DNA of 32,787 bases from a virus (lineage: Duplodnaviria; Caudoviricetes). Every line of letters starts with the position of its first letter. The first letter of the stretch is position 1. The position numbers and the translations under genes are program-made. The notes beneath the pieces were generated by a model that was given only the letters and a program-made list of their open reading frames with translations, made no database searches and was not told where the DNA came from. Where the stretch lies: positions 1-32,787 of the IMG/VR virus record IMGVR_UViG_3300044621_000416; one strand, 5' to 3'. Below are positions 9,836-17,737 of the stretch, one piece after another.

Positions 9836-10266
9836 AGTCGTACAAACTCGACAAAATAAAGATTATTTGGACCAAAGGGTATAACCCTTAAAAACTTAAA
9901 ACCCAAGTGCTTAAGCAGCTTGAGGTGAAGAGTGTTTCGTATGTCTGCACAATTAAAAAGAATGGGATGATGTAAATCATCAAGCCATCGACTAGCTTCT
10001 TTACAGAATAGAAGAGGTTTCTCTTTTACTGCTGATGTACAATGCATCCATATACAGCCATCAGCGGAAACACCTGCAAGACCAAGGTCAACACCATCAT
10101 CCGTAGAAAAGATGGTGGCACCTGTGATGGAAATATCGAGACATAAAGAAAGGACAGGATTTAGCCCTGCCCCTTCTTGTATCTCACGTTTGTCTGCACT
10201 CAGTAGGTTGAGTGCTAAATGTGGTACATCAGCCAGTGTTGCTGGCCGAAATACGATCTTAGACAC
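9820..10266 (-). CDS. Internal virion protein A, gp13-like (GNAT-like fold)
   Basis: 148 aa after tail tube B; motifs RPAT..D, D.REI, IWM, N..D.RNT.H.KLLK.LGF.F typical of gp13/DUF2833. Confidence 0.75.
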   Translation of the reverse strand: MSKIVFRPATLADVPHLALNLLSADKREIQEGAGLNPVLSLCLDISITGATIFSTDDGVDLGLAGVSADGCIWMHCTSAVKEKPLLFCKEASRWLDDLHHPILFNCADIRNTLHLKLLKHLGFKFLRVIPFGPNNLYFVEFVRLWSFQ

Positions 10267-13180
10267 GCTTATAGAATTTGTTGTTGTAACGCCCTTCCCA
10301 TGTCAAGCCAAGGATGCTCACAGGGAACGGAGTATCCCCCACAATGGTTACACCAAGGTTCTCATTGCGTTGGTAGACAGGGACAACATGGGTGGCCGTA
10401 GCCTGCATGTTGACGTTGTTGAGGACGTAGTTATTTGGCTGAGTAACACTTACTGTGTTGTTCCAGCTGGGAATACCAGTAATGTTGATTTGGTAGGTAA
10501 CAGGACCGCTTAAACCAGTAGCGACATTTAAACGGTGGACAATCAAGTCGGCGGTGTAGTCAGTAGACGACACATCACTGTCAGACTTGGAGATGTAGAA
10601 CTTGGGAAGCTCAACCTCCATATTGTACAAGTAGCCAACAATAAGATCACGTCCACGATAGTCACCAGCAATATCAACGTAATAGGCCCCTGTAGAGCCC
10701 TGTACGGTGGGATAAAGTACAGCGCCTACCGACTGACTGGACAGGTCATTGGAGCCTCCTATGAAGCCTCCTAGGGCCATCACAGTGAACGTTTTACCAG
10801 TGATGTGATCAAAGGGCAGGTAGACACGAGTGGTGTCGGTACCAGAGGTGTACGTCCTGTAGGGGTTGGTATCAAACCAATCCAGGCATACATCCGTCTT
10901 TTCACCAGTAGGGAGGGTAAGGAAGCCTTCCTCGTTGGCCTGAGTGAGGTCATAGGACAACACCTGGACCTTGGTGCCATCAGTAACCACAGTAAAGAAG
11001 GTGCTGGCATCAAAGAATTGATCGAGCAGGTTGCCAGTCAACTGCCACTTGTACCAGCTCTGAGCAGGCCGCTTTTCTCCGTCCTGCAGGAACTTGTACT
11101 GGTACAGCATCGAACTCCCCTTGGTTCCAAGCGACACAATGGAGAGACCAGGAGAAGAGATCAGGGAATCAACGGTACTGGGAATCAACTCGGGGACAGG
11201 CTTTGACTGCTCATACATGAACGGCGGTCTGTCATTGCTGATCTCAAACAGCTCAAAAACTCGGGTGTAGAGCGGAGTCTTGGAGATGAATGCCTGGGTG
11301 GTACCAAGAGGAACAGCTCTAACATCAGACTCACATTCGTAAGTACTGAGTGTATTGATCTTTGCTGTCTTGGGACTGAGGATGTCGGAGTCAGTGGTAA
11401 GCAAGAACTGGTCATTCTGGCCGTAGAGAACAAGACCAACGCTGGCCTGAAGCACGTAGTTCAAGCTGACTGGTCTTGTGGAGGAGGCAGTGATATCAAT
11501 CGGATCATCATCGCTGACGGTCAAAGCAGTGCCAGCAAAGAAATTGAAATAGTCTCCAGCTTTGCTCAAGACGACAGCTTCATTAGAAAGGAAGCCCAAA
11601 CGGTTCCTATAGAAGAAGATGCCACTAATCGTGGACCCCACAAAGCTTGGCACAGGGTTGGTCTCGTTATCACCAACAACACGGTCTTCCCAAGTCACAG
11701 GCCCAAACAGGAACGAGCCATCTGTCTGACGAACAAGCTGATGAGGCATTGTTAGCTCATCAAGCTGGTAAGTAATTCCAGGTGCTGTGGTTTCTTCCCA
11801 AACACCAGGACCGTAGTTCTGGCTATTGGTGGTCTTAAACTCAACCCACATATCATCGACATCGATGTCCTGAGAGTTGGTGACCTGAACCTTGTATCCG
11901 TTCTTGGATTGATTAGGAAGACGGCTGATTGTGCTGATTTGATCTTGGAAAGCAAAGATGCCATCCTCTTGGGTAGAGCCTCTGGTCTCGATAGTAAAGG
12001 AGCTAGCATTAGAAATATAAATGCCAGGACCAACAGCAACAGCTGTGAAACCACCAACGCCATTAATGGCAGTAGCAAGGTTTGAAGTGATCGTTTGTGT
12101 ATCTGCAACACCAGCCGCTGCGTCCTGTGGCGTGGTGTAGCTGTAGGTAGTTCCATTCAGAACAACCTGATACTTGCTGTTATAAGCAACAACGGTGATA
12201 ACAACCATTGCCTGCTTTGCAAGAGCGGCTGTGGTAGCAGCCTTCATCGCAACAACCTTCTTCTTATTGAGAACGAAGGTGTAATCGTTGAGGGTTAGGA
12301 ACTCCAGGTCTGCAGCAGTGGCATCCTTTAGATACGCATTGCTAGGTACCGTGGTGATGGCACAATTACCAAGTTGAGTGTTGTAGGTACTACGCTTGGT
12401 AGCCTCATCGGAGACAGCGTTGTTGTAGTTGGTCTGAGCTGTTGCCATGGCAGTTGAAGCCGTTGACAACTGGCCAGCAGTATGGGTTGCAGCTACGGTA
12501 ACAAGAGCTTGAAAAACCTTGAATCCTTGACTTGCAAGCAGTGGATGCTCATTGGTAAATTCATTACCAAGTGCGTATCCAGCTGGCAGGTTGGCAGAAT
12601 TGGAAACGATAGTCCCGTTGTTGTAAACAGTATAAATACCAGCAGGGCTTTGAATAATCCCTGAGACCATGTACTGCTCAATGTCCCCATAGGGGTAGCT
12701 GTAGTTAACAGCAAAGATGTCGTTGACTGTTGCAGTCTGACCTTCCAACGCTTCTGCGTATGCAGATTGTGCATTGTTGAGTTCAGTGAGCCTGGTGGCA
12801 GTGAGAGACCGTGCAGTGTTGTAGTCGGCAAGGGCGGTCTGAAGGTTTGCCTGATTACAGCCACCGGGCACACCTGTGTTGCTACCCATATTGACTCGCC
12901 TGGGCGAACCATCAATCAGACTCCAAATGCGGAAGATGTTGTCAGCATATTGACCAACATACTTTTCTTCGTTGTCCCTCAGGATTGAAAACCAACGTCC
13001 TCCTGAGTTTGCATTGATAAGACTGGAAATAAACTTACCACCAGGACGCTTTAAAAGCCCCAGTGCATAGTCAGGAAAGGCATTAACAGAATCTCTTACT
13101 TGGCCAGGAAACTTACGAGTATCAGGCTGCTGGGAGATACCAAGAAATAAATTGGGAATCCTTTGGGTAACTGTACTCAT
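10259..13180 (-). CDS. Tail tubular protein B (nozzle, gp12-like)
   Basis: N-terminal VTQRIPN...GISQQPD....PGQ.....N......GL.KRPG and internal PSFVG..I....F..NRLGFL, DDDPID motifs. Confidence 0.93.
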   Translation of the reverse strand: MSTVTQRIPNLFLGISQQPDTRKFPGQVRDSVNAFPDYALGLLKRPGGKFISSLINANSGGRWFSILRDNEEKYVGQYADNIFRIWSLIDGSPRRVNMGSNTGVPGGCNQANLQTALADYNTARSLTATRLTELNNAQSAYAEALEGQTATVNDIFAVNYSYPYGDIEQYMVSGIIQSPAGIYTVYNNGTIVSNSANLPAGYALGNEFTNEHPLLASQGFKVFQALVTVAATHTAGQLSTASTAMATAQTNYNNAVSDEATKRSTYNTQLGNCAITTVPSNAYLKDATAADLEFLTLNDYTFVLNKKKVVAMKAATTAALAKQAMVVITVVAYNSKYQVVLNGTTYSYTTPQDAAAGVADTQTITSNLATAINGVGGFTAVAVGPGIYISNASSFTIETRGSTQEDGIFAFQDQISTISRLPNQSKNGYKVQVTNSQDIDVDDMWVEFKTTNSQNYGPGVWEETTAPGITYQLDELTMPHQLVRQTDGSFLFGPVTWEDRVVGDNETNPVPSFVGSTISGIFFYRNRLGFLSNEAVVLSKAGDYFNFFAGTALTVSDDDPIDITASSTRPVSLNYVLQASVGLVLYGQNDQFLLTTDSDILSPKTAKINTLSTYECESDVRAVPLGTTQAFISKTPLYTRVFELFEISNDRPPFMYEQSKPVPELIPSTVDSLISSPGLSIVSLGTKGSSMLYQYKFLQDGEKRPAQSWYKWQLTGNLLDQFFDASTFFTVVTDGTKVQVLSYDLTQANEEGFLTLPTGEKTDVCLDWFDTNPYRTYTSGTDTTRVYLPFDHITGKTFTVMALGGFIGGSNDLSSQSVGAVLYPTVQGSTGAYYVDIAGDYRGRDLIVGYLYNMEVELPKFYISKSDSDVSSTDYTADLIVHRLNVATGLSGPVTYQINITGIPSWNNTVSVTQPNNYVLNNVNMQATATHVVPVYQRNENLGVTIVGDTPFPVSILGLTWEGRYNNKFYKRV

Positions 13181-13794
13181 CGCGCAAGAGCCTGGAACGG
13201 TTGATAGCTGGTGTAGTAGTTCTGACCATCACGGAAACCAAACATCGTGTAGTCGCCTTGGTTGCATTCGTACTCAAGGGCATAGGCACGAGTCTGAAGT
13301 TCCTGTTCAGCCAGAAGTTTATTAATCTCTTGATCACCAATCATCTTGGTGGCACACATCCGAGCAGCTCGTGCAGTGATGTAAGCCTGAATAGCAGGGG
13401 GGACATCAGTGAAATCGAAGTACCACACCATGTCTGCATAGACAGAGTCTTGAAACTGGTAAGTGTGGTTCTGCTTGTCGTACAACTTGCCATTTCGACG
13501 AACCACGTTGTAGTCGTCATAGTGCTGGGATGTGTTGGTATCGATCTGAAGAACGTTAGTAGGATATGAGATCTCCTTAGTTACTGAGTCAGGAGTCAAT
13601 TCATAATGACGCTCAGTATTAAAGACCCAACCTTCTGCCTGAACCTGCTTGTTAACTTCACGGAGCGTATTCAGGACAATGGCAACCTCTGGATTCTGAA
13701 GATCAAGAGTGGTGACAGGGGCCTGTCCCACAGAGCTAAGTATTTGGTTTACAGCATCCAGTTCGGTGGACACAGCATATGTAGGAAAAGGCAT
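13177..13794 (-). CDS. Tail tubular protein A (gatekeeper, gp11-like)
   Basis: TELDAVNQILSSVGQAPVTTL and VQAEGWVFNTE motifs; ATG at 13794 preceded by AGGT; ATGA overlap with gp12. Confidence 0.93.
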   Translation of the reverse strand: MPFPTYAVSTELDAVNQILSSVGQAPVTTLDLQNPEVAIVLNTLREVNKQVQAEGWVFNTERHYELTPDSVTKEISYPTNVLQIDTNTSQHYDDYNVVRRNGKLYDKQNHTYQFQDSVYADMVWYFDFTDVPPAIQAYITARAARMCATKMIGDQEINKLLAEQELQTRAYALEYECNQGDYTMFGFRDGQNYYTSYQPFQALAR

Positions 13795-13814
13795 TGTACC
13801 TATCACTTAGGAAT

Positions 13815-13845
13815 AAAAAAATGGGGAGCCAATAAAGACTCCCCA
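13815..13845 (-). terminator. Intrinsic terminator after the capsid cluster (T-phi position)
   Basis: Minus strand TGGGGAGTC-TTTATT-GGCTCCCCA followed by 7 T, immediately after the 13852 stop. Confidence 0.88.
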
Positions 13846-13851
13846 CAAAGA

Positions 13852-14130
13852 TCAGACAGCAGTACGGCTAGCATCGAGAGCCGGAGAATCGGCCTCCACA
13901 CCAGTGTATGCAAAGCGAAGACCTTGGGTCTCCGAGAACACACCCGAAGCAGTGCTCGGGTTAGCACGGCTGGTACGAGCCACGGAACGACGAACAGCGT
14001 GGTTGTCAGAGACAGCCAGGTTGCCGTTGTCAGCGTAGGTCGAACCAAGAGCGCCAGCTACAGTGCGGCTAGAGAACACACAGGTTCCAGCCACACCGTT
14101 ATCACCAGCGGCAGAAGCAGCGTTTGCCAT
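13852..14130 (-). CDS. Small putative virion/decoration protein (92 aa)
   Basis: ATG with GAGG Shine-Dalgarno; Ala/Gly/Ser/Thr-rich; between capsid gene and terminator. Confidence 0.7.
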   Translation of the reverse strand: MANAASAAGDNGVAGTCVFSSRTVAGALGSTYADNGNLAVSDNHAVRRSVARTSRANPSTASGVFSETQGLRFAYTGVEADSPALDASRTAV

Positions 14131-14138
14131 TGAAAACC

Positions 14139-14474
14139 TCAGTTAGTATACGAGAGTTTGGTAACACGGAAGGTGGCGTTGTTATCGCCGCCAACAAGCG
14201 TCAGCACGTCACCCAAGCGGTAACCATCACCACCGTTAGCAACAGTGTTGGCTGCGGCAACAATGCCACCGGTTTGAGTCACGGTGACAGTGGCGCCAGT
14301 ACCGTTATTGCTATCAGTGGTGGTAGCAAGGGTGCCGTTGGAATAACCAGTACCACCGCTAATACGCGTCAGTTGAGCAATAGTTCCACCGGAACGACCA
14401 AGCTCCACAGGGGGGAAGGCGTTCCAGGTTTGGCTGGTAGTAACACCAACACCTTCACCAGGATTAATAGCCAT
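14139..14474 (-). CDS. Putative capsid-associated fibre/decoration protein (111 aa)
   Basis: GAGG Shine-Dalgarno; GGTGY...GTGATVTVT...GG.GY..GDVLT..GG beta-rich motif common in phage structural proteins. Confidence 0.72.
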   Translation of the reverse strand: MAINPGEGVGVTTSQTWNAFPPVELGRSGGTIAQLTRISGGTGYSNGTLATTTDSNNGTGATVTVTQTGGIVAAANTVANGGDGYRLGDVLTLVGGDNNATFRVTKLSYTN

Positions 14475-14493
14475 TGGTAAGTACCTCTAGCTA

Positions 14494-15513
14494 TCAGGAA
14501 CGAGCAGACTGAAGCTCAATAGCAGCAGCAGGGTTCAGGGTGCCGCAGCCCATGGCCATACGGCCCAGGATCACATCGCCCTGGTAGATCACGGACACGT
14601 CGCCGCTGGTCACTTGCACTTGAGGACCAACAGCTTCCACCACACCAGCAGCTTCCTTACCGTAGATCAGACCACAGTGGGTCGAGAAGTCACCGGAGTA
14701 GTTGTTGTTCTCACCGTTAACGGCAGAGATGTTACCAGCCAGGAAGGGCAGGTTGTTGGAACGCTTGATCGAAATACCAGCGATCTCATACAGGCCTTCG
14801 CCGCTGTTCAGGCTGCCTTGGCTGTTGCCGTAGTCACGGTTGAGGATATTGCTATCCACTTGGCTGATCAGAGCGTAGTACTGACGCGGGGACAGCACAG
14901 CAAAGCGACCCTGACGGGGCACGTTCTTCTCATCCAGAATGCTGGCGGCCTCAAAGAAGGCATCCACCAGAGCCTGAGCATCGAACTCTTTGTTAGCGCC
15001 CAGCTGGATCACAGAACCACCGGGCTCGGGGCCAGGGGCAGCGGTGATCGGGTGAGCTTCACGAGCAGCTTTGGCGATCTGACGGAAGATCTTCTTGTCA
15101 TAAGCCTCAGCCAGAGCGTGGCCGATCTTCTTGGAGATCTCGCCACGGAGGTCGTAGTGAGCCAGGGTCTCATCCAGGTCATACACAAAGGCAGAGCTGA
15201 CGAGAAGGTCATCGCAAACGATGGTCTTTTCGGCCACCGGAGGATCACCACCACCCAGAATCGGGGTGCCAGGGGTGTGATAGTCCGCCGTCATACGGCC
15301 AGTAAAGATGAACTGAAGGGACTTACCATTCTTCAGGGTGCGACGCATCACAGTGTCACGAGCGATACAAGCCGACTCGTAAGCTTTGAACAGTTCGCCG
15401 CTAAAGATTTTCAGGTAAGTAGCGTACTTGGTATCATAAGCGGTACCAAGAGCAAGGGGGGTACTAGAAGTTTGGTTAATAGTACCCAGAGAGGTAACGA
15501 GAGCGTTAGCCAT
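14494..15513 (-). CDS. Major capsid protein (gp10-like)
   Basis: LKIFSGELFKAY, RTLKNGKSLQFIFTGR, YHTPG, EKTI..DDLL, G.ALAE.YD motifs; 339 aa; strong codon bias. Confidence 0.96.
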   Translation of the reverse strand: MANALVTSLGTINQTSSTPLALGTAYDTKYATYLKIFSGELFKAYESACIARDTVMRRTLKNGKSLQFIFTGRMTADYHTPGTPILGGGDPPVAEKTIVCDDLLVSSAFVYDLDETLAHYDLRGEISKKIGHALAEAYDKKIFRQIAKAAREAHPITAAPGPEPGGSVIQLGANKEFDAQALVDAFFEAASILDEKNVPRQGRFAVLSPRQYYALISQVDSNILNRDYGNSQGSLNSGEGLYEIAGISIKRSNNLPFLAGNISAVNGENNNYSGDFSTHCGLIYGKEAAGVVEAVGPQVQVTSGDVSVIYQGDVILGRMAMGCGTLNPAAAIELQSARS

Positions 15514-15771
15514 TGTTAGGTAAGAGAGAAAGTTGAAAAGGACTTGCTCTCAGATCTGAGAAATTTTTTCGCGCTATTTTTAAAGGGTGTCGTCTCTCCG
15601 ACTGTCAATGGCTAAAGGGTGTCCTCCGTAGAGGGCCAATAGCCAACAGGAGCCAGGTCCGACTCTGAGGTGCCTGACTCCACTTCCTTCCTGCCCACGA
15701 GGCCAGCCTTAGGCCAAACCAAGTGCGTGGACAATTTCGCCGTTACTAAGCCACGGGCGCGGGCTTTGTGG
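15514..15771 (-). promoter_or_regulatory. 258-nt non-coding capsid leader with several hairpins, an 11-bp direct repeat and a 14-bp palindrome
   Basis: Stems at 15692-15733, 15649-15681, 15609-15645 (C-UACG-G tetraloop) and 15589-15602; GACACCCTTTA twice; TCTCAGATCTGAGA at 15548-15561. Confidence 0.6.
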
Positions 15772-15924
15772 TTACTTCTTTTTCTTGGCTGTCTTGGCTG
15801 CTTTTTTGAATTGAGCAGCTGTAGGAGCCCCAGGTGTTCCAGGCTTACGCATGGTCTCACCGCTACCTTTGGCAATACGCTCACGCTTGGCGTGAATGTT
15901 TGCATAAAGACCCGGTTTAGCCAT
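15772..15924 (-). CDS. Small basic phage protein (50 aa)
   Basis: Below ORF-track cut-off; manual translation MAKPGLYANIHAKRERIAKGSGETMRKPGTPGAPTAAQFKKAAKTAKKKK; the GLYANIHAKR motif is familiar from aquatic phage proteins; tight packing. Confidence 0.8.
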   Translation of the reverse strand: MAKPGLYANIHAKRERIAKGSGETMRKPGTPGAPTAAQFKKAAKTAKKKK

Positions 15925-15925
15925 A

Positions 15926-15973
15926 TCAGCAGCCCTTCTTACCGCCGCCACCTTTACCGCCTTTGCCCTTCAT
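15926..15973 (-). CDS. Lys/Gly micro-ORF (15 aa, MKGKGGKGGGGKKGC)
   Basis: Fills the gap between the flanking ORFs with 2-nt and 1-nt spacers. Confidence 0.5.
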   Translation of the reverse strand: MKGKGGKGGGGKKGC

Positions 15974-15975
15974 AA

Positions 15976-16161
15976 TCAGGGCCAAGCAGCAAGGGTGCTG
16001 GCTTGAACCTTCGTGCCACGGGGGCTCAGTTCAGTCAGCGTTTGACCAGACGGATAAGCACGCTGGAAGCCATCAGCCGCAGCAGTGTTGGTCACATACT
16101 GAGTCGTGATACCAGACGTGGTAGCTAGATTTTTAGGATCGTAGGGAGTAGCTTTTGCCAT
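15976..16161 (-). CDS. Hypothetical protein (61 aa)
   Basis: TGATG coupling to the upstream RlpA-like ORF; phage-like codon usage. Confidence 0.65.
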   Translation of the reverse strand: MAKATPYDPKNLATTSGITTQYVTNTAAADGFQRAYPSGQTLTELSPRGTKVQASTLAAWP

Positions 16162-16466
16162 CAGTTTAATCGTTTAAGAGTTACTTCTCCCACCCCCTCA
16201 CTCAACAGTCCAATGCGTTGAGCGGCTGCCTTGCTGAGGTCAATGGATCGACCATGGACAAACGGTCCACGATCATTGATCCTGACGACAGCACAGCGGC
16301 CAGTGCGCTTACTGCAGACCTGCACCCTTGTTCCAAATGGAAGCGATGGGTGAGCTGCAGTCATTGAATTCATGTTGTACGTCTCACCATTGGCAGTGAT
16401 CCTCCCGTGATAGGGATGGCCATACCAAGAAGCGAGAGCAGCGAGGGTCAGTGTGAATAAAGTCAT
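16161..16466 (-). CDS. RlpA-like double-psi beta-barrel lytic transglycosylase
   Basis: ASWYG, TANGE.Y....TAAH.SLPFGT.V.V, VRINDRGPF..GR.IDLS.AAA are canonical RlpA motifs. Confidence 0.92.
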   Translation of the reverse strand: MTLFTLTLAALASWYGHPYHGRITANGETYNMNSMTAAHPSLPFGTRVQVCSKRTGRCAVVRINDRGPFVHGRSIDLSKAAAQRIGLLSEGVGEVTLKRLN

Positions 16467-16516
16467 TGAATCAAGGCAGAGGACTTTTATATTGCTTACT
16501 CTTCTACTTCCATTAA

Positions 16517-16723
16517 TTAAGCATTCTTGAGGAAACCAGGAAGCTCTTGGCCACCTTTGTTCTTAAGCTTCCGTTCCTGCAGACGCCTGAGCATTTCAGG
16601 AGTTGCATTGGGAATACCCTGATAGCTTTGGCCACCAGGGATATACGGTTGATTCAGATCAAAGCTTTTTCCTTGAGCAATTTTGAGAGTCTGTTTCCCC
16701 TTGCCTTTAGCAAGTCGGGCCAT
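16517..16723 (-). CDS. Hypothetical basic protein (68 aa)
   Basis: TAATG coupling to the scaffold stop. Confidence 0.65.
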   Translation of the reverse strand: MARLAKGKGKQTLKIAQGKSFDLNQPYIPGGQSYQGIPNATPEMLRRLQERKLKNKGGQELPGFLKNA

Positions 16724-17520
16724 TAGAAATCAAGGTTAGAGCGTTCAAGTTTGTTAAACACATCCTGCCGGTAAGCAGGGTCAGAGTCATAGCGAGGATC
16801 GTTCATTGCACGAACAACCTCTGCCTGACTACGGAAGGCATCTGCAGCCTGTGCAGGCTTGCCTTGGATCATGTTGCCTTCAAAGCCCATTGAATCGGTA
16901 TACCGGTAGTAAAGAGCTTGAAGAGCAAGGCCAATCGAGGCCATGTTTCCAGACTCAATAACAGCATCAAAAGCTTCCACCTCAGCAGCCGAGAAGTTCT
17001 CAGCTGCCCAGGTAGTGAGTTGCTGGTAAGCAGCTTCACCACCTACGCTGTTCTGGATCTGATTAATTTGAGAGTCGCTAAGCTCAACACTTTGAGCAGG
17101 TTCATCAGCCGGAGGCAGCTGTTGCTGCAGCCGCATGTATGCCTCTACCAGCTCGGTAGAGGACATCTGCGAGAAGGCAGCTAACGTCTCCTCACTGAGG
17201 GTACCAGTTTCGGTGTACTCAGCAGAGGCATCAAACAGAAAGTCCACGTAGGGATCTTCTGTTTCTTCTTCGTCTGTCTGGTCTTCGTCAGACTGTTCTT
17301 CTGGGTTGCTGGATTCGTCTTGATCCTTAGAGCCAAACTTCTTTTGAAGTTCAATGTAAGCTTGCTCTAGCTCTTCAGCATTACGGTATTTACCAGCGAG
17401 AAGAGCTTGTTGCTCTTGCTCCATCTGTTCGCCAATAGCGTAAGCGTCAGCATCACTGGCCTCCTGAGCTTCAATAGCTTCAGGGTCAGTGCTGGGATCA
17501 TACGTCAGATTGATTGCCAT
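16723..17520 (-). CDS. Capsid assembly scaffolding protein (gp9-like)
   Basis: Acidic; LAGKY...EELEQAY.ELQKK, VGGE..Y..L..WA, AMNDPRY..DPAYR motifs; between portal and capsid. Confidence 0.9.
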   Translation of the reverse strand: MAINLTYDPSTDPEAIEAQEASDADAYAIGEQMEQEQQALLAGKYRNAEELEQAYIELQKKFGSKDQDESSNPEEQSDEDQTDEEETEDPYVDFLFDASAEYTETGTLSEETLAAFSQMSSTELVEAYMRLQQQLPPADEPAQSVELSDSQINQIQNSVGGEAAYQQLTTWAAENFSAAEVEAFDAVIESGNMASIGLALQALYYRYTDSMGFEGNMIQGKPAQAADAFRSQAEVVRAMNDPRYDSDPAYRQDVFNKLERSNLDF

Positions 17521-17737
17521 AGTTAGTAATAGTTTTCAAGCCGCCAAGACCAACTCGTTCAACACGATTGGGAACACCCACGGTGGGGCGGCCAATCTTG
17601 TCTTTGGGGGCGTACTTGTTGGTATCAAAGGAAGTGGGTTTTGCATAACCTGACTCATCAGGCAGGGGCTGCTTCTCCACCTTGGGCTTGTTGTGGGGTA
17701 CCCTCTGTGGGCGGGACGGCTTGGTATCCAAGGGCAT
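17498..17737 (-). CDS. Hypothetical protein (79 aa) overlapping portal 3' end
   Basis: Fills the portal-scaffold gap; ATG at 17737 (MPLDTKPSRP...); start uncertain. Confidence 0.55.
   Translation of the reverse strand: MPLDTKPSRPQRVPHNKPKVEKQPLPDESGYAKPTSFDTNKYAPKDKIGRPTVGVPNRVERVGLGGLKTITNYGNQSDV

Noticed and set aside
9875-9889. AAGGGT-ATA-ACCCTT inverted repeat partly resembling the capsid-leader repeat
   Set aside because: Short, within coding sequence, plausible by chance.
14474-14520. T7-style gp10A/10B frameshift
   Set aside because: No slippery heptamer seen; double stop; the downstream ORF has its own RBS.
14614-15519. 301-aa plus-strand ORF opposite the capsid gene (likewise 17682-18419 and 31409-32029)
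   Set aside because: Antisense frames kept open by codon bias of well-supported minus-strand genes.
15589-15771. Assignment to a known cyanophage RNA (glutamine riboswitch, wcaG, PhotoRC)
   Set aside because: Could not match the consensus by eye (no CGTTCA core seen); needs an Rfam search.
15612-15905. 97-aa minus-strand ORF spanning the capsid leader
   Set aside because: Overlaps the better-supported 50-aa ORF out of frame, has no recognisable motif, and crosses the hairpin region.
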